Shown here piece after piece: positions 14,764-22,866 of a stretch of 64,000 nucleotides of DNA. Within the stretch, counting starts at the first letter, position 1; each line of letters begins with the position of its first letter. A program made the translations under genes and the position numbers. The stretch is from a virus, in the IMG/VR virus record IMGVR_UViG_3300032268_001296, positions 1-64,000 of that record; one strand, written 5' to 3'. The notes beneath the pieces are model-generated. The model was not told where the DNA came from. It made no database searches and worked only from the letters and a program-made list of their open reading frames with translations.

Positions 14764-14776
14764 ATTAAAAATTTAG

Positions 14777-14850
14777 TACTCCATGCTGGGCTTGAACCAG
14801 CGACCCCGCCTTTATAAAAAACGCGCTCTGACCAACTGAGCTAATGGAGC
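14777..14850 (-). tRNA. tRNA-Ile(TAT)
   Basis: CGTTT-TTTATAA-AGGCG arm; canonical D- and T-arms; A73. Confidence 0.85.
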
Positions 14851-14861
14851 GTGTATACATA

Positions 14862-14933
14862 TACTCCCACGGAGAATCGAACTCCGATTTGTAGGTTGAA
14901 AACCTAATGTCCTAACCGTTAGACGATGAGAGC
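14862..14933 (-). tRNA. tRNA-Glu(TTC)
   Basis: TAGG-TTTTCAA-CCTA arm; GTCTAACGGTTAGGAC D-arm. Confidence 0.9.
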
Positions 14934-14948
14934 GTTTCTTGAAAATGA

Positions 14949-15058
14949 AATGTAAAAGATCTATTTGAACAACCGCGCTTTCGGGTTGCTATCAGTCAGT
15001 GGCGGCTCGCCGTCGCTGATGATGTAGTAACAGTATCACACGACAACCGATTTGTCAA
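14949..15058 (-). promoter_or_regulatory. tRNA-operon promoter and leader with boxB-like hairpins and boxA-like element
   Basis: TTGACA-17nt-TACTGT with extended TG; GC-rich hairpins; then AGATCTTTTACA. Confidence 0.65.
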
Positions 15059-15189
15059 CCACTCTTTTACAATTTCTCAGATTTTTTCTCCAAGCTTCGC
15101 AGCTTCAACCTCGGCCAATCTAAAACGCCGTACGCTTGGGCGTTTCAGGCACTCCCTCGTCATGAGCCTTTGTTCTGTATTTAAAACAT

Positions 15190-15216
15190 AAAAAACCCAG
15201 CTTTTGGCTGGGTTTA
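15190..15216 (-). terminator. intrinsic terminator (possible attenuator)
   Basis: AAACCCAGC-CAAAA-GCTGGGTTT followed by U-tract. Confidence 0.7.
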
Positions 15217-15348
15217 GAGAAAAGAAAACATTTAAACCCAAAAACAAATCAACAAGCCACTCCGAAAAACGGCTTGGCTTGTCTCAATGAATTTGGCGAA
15301 TATTTACTCACTAAAATATAATACACATAAAATACACAAAATCAAATT

Positions 15349-15633
15349 TTATTTGTAATAAATTTCTCTTTCCAATTTTCGAAAGCGAGCATCAGAATGC
15401 CAAACTTCATCTGCTTGAGGAGAATACACTCCATCAAGAGTTTGAATCTTTTGATCTTTCTGAAGCCTTAGAGTAGAAGGTTGATAAATGTTCAAGTTCT
15501 GATTTTTCTCGTCGGAGTTCAAGGCGCAAGATGTCTGCGCGATCAGAAGAATTGCTATCGCCGCGAGAGCGCAGTTTTTCAATTTCTTCAATAATTTCGT
15601 TTTGACGTTGTTTTGATTTTTCTCTAATTTCAT
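15349..15633 (-). CDS. lipoprotein, o-spanin-like
   Basis: Basic N-region, hydrophobic core, lipobox-like QTS-C; overlaps the next ORF in another frame. Confidence 0.5.
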   Translation of the reverse strand: MKLEKNQNNVKTKLLKKLKNCALAAIAILLIAQTSCALNSDEKNQNLNIYQPSTLRLQKDQKIQTLDGVYSPQADEVWHSDARFRKLEREIYYK

Positions 15634-15703
15634 AATAAAATAATTTGTTTTTTAAAGATAAAAATAACTCTAAAGATTTAATCAATGAATGCAATATGCT
15701 CAT
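15434..15703 (-). CDS. coiled-coil protein, i-spanin-like
   Basis: Amphipathic N-terminus then charged coiled coil; Rz/Rz1-like overlap. Confidence 0.45.
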   Translation of the reverse strand: MSILHSLIKSLELFLSLKNKLFYYEIREKSKQRQNEIIEEIEKLRSRGDSNSSDRADILRLELRREKSELEHLSTFYSKASERSKDSNS

Positions 15704-15709
15704 AATCTT

Positions 15710-16273
15710 TTATAAAAAAGATTCCCATTCTTTTCTAACTTTATTTACATTAAATATGAAAGACGGAATTGATGGTGCTTGAGGCACATTTCCATTAATA
15801 TCATACCAAGGAGTATAAGATCCCTTTTTGCAATTACAAGAACGACAAGCGAGAACTCTATTCGAGTGATCGTCTGTGCCACCTTTGCTTCGAGGATGAA
15901 TATGATCGATTGTTAAATCAGAAATATTCTTCTTTGTAAAACAATACTGACAAACATAGCCGTGGATTTTAGCTAGCTCATAAACAGTGAGCTTTTTTCT
16001 TTTAGGCTTAGTGAAGTATTTGCTTGTTACAACAAGCAGTGTTGGAATTGGCCAAACGGCTTTTGCGCTACGAAGAACAGGTTGATCTTCATAAAACTCT
16101 GCATGCTCATTCCAAGCTTCTAGCGAATGGAAAAGATTACTATTTTTATCGAGAGCTGTAACGTTATCTTTGAGCAGATGCAAAAAAGCATCTTTAGCAG
16201 TAATCGTAGCAATTGGTTGCCACGCGCTATTCAACAATAAGGTTGTTTTAAAATCTGAATCTACTACATTCAT
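15710..16273 (-). CDS. HNH endonuclease (McrA-like)
   Basis: TLLLN..WQP start; CQYC..LTIDHIHPRSKGG...N.VLAC..CN. Confidence 0.88.
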   Translation of the reverse strand: MNVVDSDFKTTLLLNSAWQPIATITAKDAFLHLLKDNVTALDKNSNLFHSLEAWNEHAEFYEDQPVLRSAKAVWPIPTLLVVTSKYFTKPKRKKLTVYELAKIHGYVCQYCFTKKNISDLTIDHIHPRSKGGTDDHSNRVLACRSCNCKKGSYTPWYDINGNVPQAPSIPSFIFNVNKVRKEWESFL

Positions 16274-16279
16274 TTTAAT

Positions 16280-16936
16280 TTAAATTTTAAGACAGTCCGC
16301 GCAAGACAATTCACCAGCATCATAGTAAGTTTTTTCAGACTTTGGATACTTGCTTGCTACTTCATATGTCAGTTTTTCGCGCATTGATTTCTTTTGATTT
16401 TTAGATCCCACGAAATAAAAATATCGATGCTTTTGAGAGGGTTTAATTTTTGAGATGTTGTTTTCCTTTGCCCATTCGCTGGGATTAGTGATTTTATACT
16501 TGTCGCGAATAGTCATTGCGTGAGTTGGAATACCATCAATCACATAAAGACTGTCATGAGATACTGTAGCTCCAGTATACAACCAGTTTGTTGCTTGATA
16601 AACAATTCCACTGTGTCCAAAAGCAGAGTCAGCGTAACTAACAATTGCGCACGGTTTTTCTTTTAGCATTTCGATTGCCCGACTAATCAAAAAAGAAGCT
16701 GCATTTTTATGTCCAGAATCAACAACCAATCTTGTTAGCTCGTAAAGCCTAAAGTTCCTATCTTTAAAAGAGTACTTTTGGATAGGAGCAGAAGGTTGAC
16801 CAAAGCAACAAACTCCAATTAGAACATCATTCTTAAAAAGTCCAAATCCTTCCCAAAAGATACCCAATCGTCGTGAGTAATGTTTTTGAGAAACAATAGA
16901 ATTTGCAACTTCTTTAGTGATTTTTTTGACAATCAT
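16280..16936 (-). CDS. Mom-like DNA modification protein (GNAT fold)
   Basis: ELTRL, ASFLISRA, IVSYAD...H.G.VYQATNW.YTG and K.RY.Y motifs. Confidence 0.75.
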   Translation of the reverse strand: MIVKKITKEVANSIVSQKHYSRRLGIFWEGFGLFKNDVLIGVCCFGQPSAPIQKYSFKDRNFRLYELTRLVVDSGHKNAASFLISRAIEMLKEKPCAIVSYADSAFGHSGIVYQATNWLYTGATVSHDSLYVIDGIPTHAMTIRDKYKITNPSEWAKENNISKIKPSQKHRYFYFVGSKNQKKSMREKLTYEVASKYPKSEKTYYDAGELSCADCLKI

Positions 16937-16943
16937 GATTTTG

Positions 16944-16976
16944 AAAACTCCCAGCCAAAATTAATCAGCTGGGAGT
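16944..16976 (-). terminator. intrinsic terminator
   Basis: ACTCCCAGC...GCTGGGAGT hairpin with U-tract. Confidence 0.6.
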
Positions 16977-16983
16977 CTATTTG

Positions 16984-17268
16984 TTAGTCGATATTAACAT
17001 CAAGAACCAACTCCGAAATCTTTTCACAACGAGATTCAATCTCGTTCGACTTCATGAATTTAGAAGAAGATTTCAAAGATTCAATAGTTGAATAGCACTC
17101 TTTGTAAAGAGAATTTTGCTCAAAAACTTTCTTTGTAAGATGATCGTAAATTCCAAATGGCATTACTTCATATCGATCTTCGAAATCAATACAGCACTCA
17201 ATTGGATGTCGCAGGGTATTTCCAACTGCGTATCGGAAAATATCGTGTTTGTTAATAGCAATCTTCAC
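16984..17268 (-). CDS. hypothetical protein
   Basis: ORF in coupled run. Confidence 0.6.
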   Translation of the reverse strand: MKIAINKHDIFRYAVGNTLRHPIECCIDFEDRYEVMPFGIYDHLTKKVFEQNSLYKECYSTIESLKSSSKFMKSNEIESRCEKISELVLDVNID

Positions 17269-17465
17269 TTTGCCCGAAGATCAAAGATAACCTTTTGAGA
17301 AACTTCCTTTTCATTTTCAAGAAGCACTTCTACAACGTAACCATTGACACGCTTCGCACAATCAGAAGCCCAATTAACAGAACCCTTAAGCTTGTCGCTG
17401 TAGGTTTGCTGATGGTTGTTCTTTGCGTCGAAAACGCGATACTTGATTTCCTTGTTGTTTTGCAT
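17265..17465 (-). CDS. hypothetical protein
   Basis: ORF in coupled run. Confidence 0.55.
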   Translation of the reverse strand: MQNNKEIKYRVFDAKNNHQQTYSDKLKGSVNWASDCAKRVNGYVVEVLLENEKEVSQKVIFDLRAK

Positions 17466-17532
17466 TTTTGTTTGTTTGTTCTGTTGTTTGTTTTTCTTTG
17501 TAGAATGAGCTTAAAGTAGGTTGTTCATATTG

Positions 17533-17787
17533 TCAATCAGATTTTCCAGACTGGCAGAGAAATTCGAAGGCAATTTTCCCGAGGTATTCATCGTTTGTGA
17601 TAAAACCTTCTATAAAAATAGAATTTTTATTCGAAATCGAACAGCTTTTAAATTCAAAAAAATATTTTTTGTTTTGGTGAATAAATTCGTATTGATTTTC
17701 TCCAGTAGACTCGAAATCAAGATCAATTTCTTCGCCAAGATTAAAATGCTCCAAATTTGGTGTTTTTCCTACTACTTTAGTTTTCAT
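17533..17787 (-). CDS. hypothetical protein
   Basis: ORF in coupled run. Confidence 0.55.
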   Translation of the reverse strand: MKTKVVGKTPNLEHFNLGEEIDLDFESTGENQYEFIHQNKKYFFEFKSCSISNKNSIFIEGFITNDEYLGKIAFEFLCQSGKSD

Positions 17788-18452
17788 TAAAATGTATATT
17801 TAAAATTTTCTATATCTTGTTTGTAAAGCTGAGAAACAAAAGTTTTTGAGCTTTCATTATAATAAGATTTATAATGGTTATGATCTGAAGAATTTTTATG
17901 AGGAAGATCTTTGGAAATGTGAACAGCTCCAATCTCTTCAATCATATTTGAAAAATCTTCTTTCAAGTTTTCGAATTTAAGAATCTTATTTACGTCAAAA
18001 GCTCCAGCAGTCCATTCTGATTGATTTTGAATTGGAAAGAAATAAGGATCATTTTCTTCTTTTTTGATTTCACAGATTTTACAAAACTCCTCAAACGAAG
18101 GTTCTTTTTCCAAGCCAAAAAGCTTCCATAGTTGATGTTTAATCGAAAACGAATACATGGAAACAAATCTGTCCCACGGATTCCTTACGACAGCAAAAGA
18201 AAAGTAGTTTTTTGGATTTGCTGGTAGGATGCTTTTTATTTCGTTTGGTTTCGCATGAGTTGGATCAAAAAAGTTTTTATAGAGAGGGCTTTTTAAATTC
18301 TTTAAAAAATTATCTTGATATTTGTTTACAAGATTATAAGCTCCAAGATGATCGTATATGGAAGTGCTGGCGTTTTTTGGAATTCTAACAAAAATCAAAT
18401 GAAGCACCCATTTTTTTTCAAATGATGGAATAAATGATAACTCTGGATTCAT
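17787..18452 (-). CDS. sulfotransferase family 2 protein
   Basis: PAPS-binding motifs FVRIPKNASTSI and VRNPWDRFVSMY. Confidence 0.85.
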   Translation of the reverse strand: MNPELSFIPSFEKKWVLHLIFVRIPKNASTSIYDHLGAYNLVNKYQDNFLKNLKSPLYKNFFDPTHAKPNEIKSILPANPKNYFSFAVVRNPWDRFVSMYSFSIKHQLWKLFGLEKEPSFEEFCKICEIKKEENDPYFFPIQNQSEWTAGAFDVNKILKFENLKEDFSNMIEEIGAVHISKDLPHKNSSDHNHYKSYYNESSKTFVSQLYKQDIENFKYTF

Positions 18453-18982
18453 TTAGAAAGTAGAGAGTATTTTACATTAGATATAATGTCGCTCATTTTG
18501 ATAAGAGAGAGAACATCTTCTCGGTTGCGACGTTGATATCCAGTATAAAGAGGCATTTTTACATCGACATTCATTTTTGTCAAATCGCAAAGTCTTTCAC
18601 AAAGACGAGCTAGAAGCTTTCTCTCAACAAGCAAGAAATCATTCTCTCTTTCAAAAGCCAAGAGATCTGCCGCTCCATACAGCCAACCCCTTTTTCCTTG
18701 AACATTCTTGAACTCGATCCAAACAAGATCATCGTTAACTGACGAATCGGACCTCTTAACCTTCTTGCGAGACTTCACTTCAACACTCATCTCAAGTTCT
18801 TTTGAAGTGCTGAGATTGATGTGGAAATCGATATGGCGGAATTCGTCTTTCGCCTCAGATTTCCTTATCGCAAGTCCAGCTTTCTTTGCGGCAGAAACAA
18901 AAGATGATTCTGCGTTTGCTCCCAAATTAAAAGAAGCGCCGTCTTTGTCGTATTTATTTCTATAAGCCATTATGTATTCCAT
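18449..18982 (-). CDS. PD-(D/E)xK nuclease-like protein
   Basis: E...HIDF...VEVK and WIE...G..GWL pattern. Confidence 0.6.
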   Translation of the reverse strand: MEYIMAYRNKYDKDGASFNLGANAESSFVSAAKKAGLAIRKSEAKDEFRHIDFHINLSTSKELEMSVEVKSRKKVKRSDSSVNDDLVWIEFKNVQGKRGWLYGAADLLAFERENDFLLVERKLLARLCERLCDLTKMNVDVKMPLYTGYQRRNREDVLSLIKMSDIISNVKYSLLSK

Positions 18983-19404
18983 AATACGCAGATTTTCTCA
19001 TTGTCAAGATTAATTTCTGCATTCTTATCTCTTTGTTTAATCAAACGAAGAAATTTTTCTTTTTTGTATTCACGTTGTATTTCTGTGTAAAACTTTTTTA
19101 TTTTCTTGTTTTTGTTTTTCAAGAATGCTCGAAACTCTTCGAAATCAGAAATAACTTTGAACGGCAATCCAATTATGAATTGAACAATTGCTGTTTCATT
19201 CTCAAACGAAATAGCAACGAAAAAACCTTTTCGTATGTAAACGTAGCAATTTTCTAACAGAAAATCTATATACTCATTTATTTTGAATATGGATAAAGAC
19301 ATTGATGGCATTTGACAGAATGGATAAGGTTTTGATTTCAAAAAAAAGTTAACTAGATTTTTTCTTTCTGATTGTTCTAATGTTTTTATTAGCGTAAAGT
19401 TCAT
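18970..19404 (-). CDS. hypothetical protein
   Basis: First gene of the leftward unit at a divergent junction. Confidence 0.55.
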   Translation of the reverse strand: MNFTLIKTLEQSERKNLVNFFLKSKPYPFCQMPSMSLSIFKINEYIDFLLENCYVYIRKGFFVAISFENETAIVQFIIGLPFKVISDFEEFRAFLKNKNKKIKKFYTEIQREYKKEKFLRLIKQRDKNAEINLDNEKICVLWNT

Positions 19405-19437
19405 GATAAATCTTTATTATAATGTGTAAAATAGCTC

Positions 19438-21801
19438 ATGGGACAAGGACAAAATAAAATAGCTTTAAGTTTGACAGATTTACAGCCTACTGCTATTGTG
19501 GAGCTGTTTGAATTAATTTTAGACACTGTAGATAAAAGCTCTTCTATTATAAGATTTCATGGAGGTGGCATATTCCAACAAGACATAAAATGGCAAGGTA
19601 ACAATTATCCCATTCTTCCTGTGGAATCTGAAGGTTTCGAAGTTACCGCAAATGGTCAAATGCCAAGACCAAAAATTAGACTTTCTAATAAAGACTACTA
19701 TGTTACTCAATTATTATTAAATAACAACGATTTACAATTTGCAAAAGTTATTAGACGAAGAACTTTTGTAAAATATTTAGATGATGTTAATTTTGATGGA
19801 GGAAATCCATGGGGACAAGCAGACCCTTCCGCTGAATTAAGCGTGGACACTTTTGTTGTTAGTCAAAAAACAGCAGAAAATAAAGTTTTTGTAGAGCTTG
19901 AATTATCTTCTCCACTTGATTTAGAAAACTTTGAAGTTAATTCTAGGCTTTTAATGTCTCGTTATTGTTCTTGGTATTATAGAGGAAATGGATGTAATTA
20001 TGGAGGACCACCAATAGAAACCGAATATGGATTAGGTCTTCAATTAAACAAAGATTGCGTAAAAAGTTTTACAAGTAATGGCTCGGCAATATTTGCAACT
20101 GGAAATTGGAAAACTGGAATTGCATATAAAAGTGGTGATGCTGCATACATAGAAAATCCTAATATAATTATTAATCCACGCCCAGAAGACAAAGACAAAA
20201 CATTAAAATACGCAAAAATTTGGTATGTTGCTCAACAAGAGCATACCTCTTCGTCTACTACTCATCCAGATAATAATGAAACATTTTGGCTTAGAGATGG
20301 TTGTAATAAAAAATTAGAAGGTTGCAAAAAAAGATTCCAATCAAAAGAAACTCAAAGTATTCCATCTTCAGGAACTTCTCTTACAAATAACTTTATTGAT
20401 TTTTCTCATAAAAGCTTATTTAATAGTAATAATATTGCATCTCAAGCTACAATAACAGGATCTAGCGTAATTAGTGGATCAGCATTCAGAAACGTTGCAG
20501 ATGGTTTAACTGGAAGCTCCGCTAAAAATGCAGACTTGGTTTATTCGTGGATCAGTTCTGGAACTGCTAAACCGTATATAGAATTTACTTGGCCAGAAGT
20601 AAAGAAAATAAATAGAATTGATTTATATGATAGGAGTTCAAATGTGGATTTTAAAACTGCAAGAATTCAACTTTTTAATGGAGTAACTCAAGTTCTAAGT
20701 GGGGATATTAATGTTATAGCTAATGGATCTAAAACTACAACTGGATTTGCTATTACAAATGCAGATAGATTAAGAATAAGTGGAGTAAATTCTGATGCTG
20801 GAGCAGGATTAGGAGAAGTTTGTGTTTTCGAGCCTTCTGGATTAGGTTTGTACAACGACACTTTCTTATCTAGTGGTTTGTGTATTAATCCCGATCTTCA
20901 TATAGCTTCTTGGATTCAGTTTGAAAGCGGTGTTACTTCTACAAATCAATTACTTAATGTTTTTCATAATGTCGAAAATGGAAATCAATATAGCGGATTA
21001 AATCTTTATGTAAGTGGAGGTAATAATTTAGTATTAGATTTTGCGACTGTTGAGCTTAGTGGCGCACCATCAGGAGATTATATAATTAGGCGAAAATCAA
21101 TATCTATACCATTTGCTCCAAGAGATTTGCAGCCAATTCATCTGGAAACTTATGGAGGAAATACTTCTTCATCAACACCGACATCTTTTCCAGATGGAAG
21201 CATAAAAATTTCTAATTTGCAAAATAGCGCAGAGTATGTATTGAAGCCAAAAAACATAAGTACAAAATTTTCTGGAGAATTTTTCTTATTCAAAAATCCA
21301 TCTTATACAGGATCTACTTCTAATTTATTTTTTGGAGTTAATAATTGGCAATATCCAACAGGAAATTTGAATTTATCCGATTCTGGAATTTATTCAAATA
21401 CCCAATTAACCAGTAGTATTAAAATTGGATCTACCGCAATTTGGACTGGTCAAAGTGGTTTGGATTTTAGAAAAAACTTTTTTAACAGAGAAGACGTTAT
21501 TGGAGACGACGTAGTATATGAAAACAAAATCCCAAGAACTTATGAAGAGTTGACAGGCTCCAAACCTATATTAAAAACAGGTTTATTTGCTTGGTGGGAT
21601 ATGGACTTGAGTTCACCTCCTTATCAAATTATTGCATCTAATGATGCGAATCAAAAAATATACTTAAGTGGAGAATATGCAGCGTCTATAGAATCCGAAA
21701 AAACTAATATATTTAAATACGTCGAAGCTTATATTACTCAAGAAACTAGAGATTATTTACCATTTGGTGGATTTCCTGGAACAGATAAATATGGAAGATA
21801 A
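19438..21801 (+). CDS. minor tail protein L (lambda gpL-like) with large internal insertion
   Basis: IVELFEL, G.MPRPK, RRRTFVKYLD..NF, CSWYYRG..C.Y.G, CNK.L.GC..RF and terminal LPFGGFPG. Confidence 0.88.
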   Translation: MGQGQNKIALSLTDLQPTAIVELFELILDTVDKSSSIIRFHGGGIFQQDIKWQGNNYPILPVESEGFEVTANGQMPRPKIRLSNKDYYVTQLLLNNNDLQFAKVIRRRTFVKYLDDVNFDGGNPWGQADPSAELSVDTFVVSQKTAENKVFVELELSSPLDLENFEVNSRLLMSRYCSWYYRGNGCNYGGPPIETEYGLGLQLNKDCVKSFTSNGSAIFATGNWKTGIAYKSGDAAYIENPNIIINPRPEDKDKTLKYAKIWYVAQQEHTSSSTTHPDNNETFWLRDGCNKKLEGCKKRFQSKETQSIPSSGTSLTNNFIDFSHKSLFNSNNIASQATITGSSVISGSAFRNVADGLTGSSAKNADLVYSWISSGTAKPYIEFTWPEVKKINRIDLYDRSSNVDFKTARIQLFNGVTQVLSGDINVIANGSKTTTGFAITNADRLRISGVNSDAGAGLGEVCVFEPSGLGLYNDTFLSSGLCINPDLHIASWIQFESGVTSTNQLLNVFHNVENGNQYSGLNLYVSGGNNLVLDFATVELSGAPSGDYIIRRKSISIPFAPRDLQPIHLETYGGNTSSSTPTSFPDGSIKISNLQNSAEYVLKPKNISTKFSGEFFLFKNPSYTGSTSNLFFGVNNWQYPTGNLNLSDSGIYSNTQLTSSIKIGSTAIWTGQSGLDFRKNFFNREDVIGDDVVYENKIPRTYEELTGSKPILKTGLFAWWDMDLSSPPYQIIASNDANQKIYLSGEYAASIESEKTNIFKYVEAYITQETRDYLPFGGFPGTDKYGR

Positions 21802-22201
21802 AATTTCAAATAAGTCTCTATCTGTTATTAGAGATTTCTTAGTTAATCATTCACTTAAAAATACAATGAGTGAGATATGTGGCTTTGTTGGTTTCGACAA
21901 AGAAAAAAAACAATATGTAGCAACAATTGAAAAAAACCAAGCAAATGATCCAAAATCTTTTTTTGCAATAAATCCAGTTAGTTATTTGAAGTTTAAAAAT
22001 TCATATTCTCTCGTTGGTGTTTTTCACAGTCATGTAATAGGAGATGAGTCCGCTTCGGAATTTGATATTAAAATGTCAGAGTCTTGCTGTTTACCATTTG
22101 TTATTTACTCAATAAATAGTAACAAATTTAATATTTATGAGCCTAAAAATAAAGATTATGATGTAAACATACTAGAAAGGATTAAGGTTAAATTGAAATG
22201 A
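21791..22201 (+). CDS. tail assembly protein K-like, JAB/MPN domain only
   Basis: EICG and FHSH.....S..D JAMM motif; between gpL and gpI. Confidence 0.8.
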   Translation: MEDKISNKSLSVIRDFLVNHSLKNTMSEICGFVGFDKEKKQYVATIEKNQANDPKSFFAINPVSYLKFKNSYSLVGVFHSHVIGDESASEFDIKMSESCCLPFVIYSINSNKFNIYEPKNKDYDVNILERIKVKLK

Positions 22202-22866
22202 CTGTTATTAATTTACATGGTATATTAGCTCATGAGTTTGGAAGTTCATTTTTAATGCATATTAAAAAGCCCAAACAAGCTATTGAAGCTATAAATGCGA
22301 ATAAAACGTCTTTTAAGAAAAGAATTTTTGATCTTTCTCAACAAGGAATTCATTATGTTATTTTAGTTGATGGCGAAAATGTAAATTGCTATGAACAGCT
22401 TGAAATCAAAAAAGAGAATACAACTATAGATATACTTCCAATGATTTGTGGGAGTGGATTTGTTGCCGCTTTGACTACTCTCGGAACCTTTCTTGCTAGC
22501 GGTGCTGCTGCTGGTAGTTTTGCAGCAACGTTTGGAGGCTTTTTAGTTTCAAATGCTGCTATAATAGGAGGAGCTTTAAATGTTATAGCAACAACTCTTA
22601 TCCAACAAGCTTTATCTCCTTCTCAGAAATCAGAAAGAACAGAAGCTACAATCAGTGGAGCTAAAGAGTCTTTCTTGATTGGATCAAAAGCAAATTTAGC
22701 CCAACAAGGAAATCCAATTCCAGTCGGATACGGAAGGTTAAGAGTTGGAAGTTCTATTATACAAACAACAATCAAATCTTATCCACAAGCGTATCAAACC
22801 AAAAAAGCTTTAATTGGAAAAAATAAAAATTCTCAAGATGCAGCTATAAGAGAGCAAAATAAATGA
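22198..22866 (+). CDS. tail assembly protein I-like
   Basis: I.LHG.L...FG start; QG.PIPVGYGRLRVGS. Confidence 0.85.
   Translation: MTVINLHGILAHEFGSSFLMHIKKPKQAIEAINANKTSFKKRIFDLSQQGIHYVILVDGENVNCYEQLEIKKENTTIDILPMICGSGFVAALTTLGTFLASGAAAGSFAATFGGFLVSNAAIIGGALNVIATTLIQQALSPSQKSERTEATISGAKESFLIGSKANLAQQGNPIPVGYGRLRVGSSIIQTTIKSYPQAYQTKKALIGKNKNSQDAAIREQNK

Noticed and set aside
15115-15170. Second hammerhead-like pattern (ATGACGA...GAAACGCC...GGCGTT) or a 28-codon ORF
   Set aside because: Core C is missing and stem I cannot form; the ORF has no supporting signal
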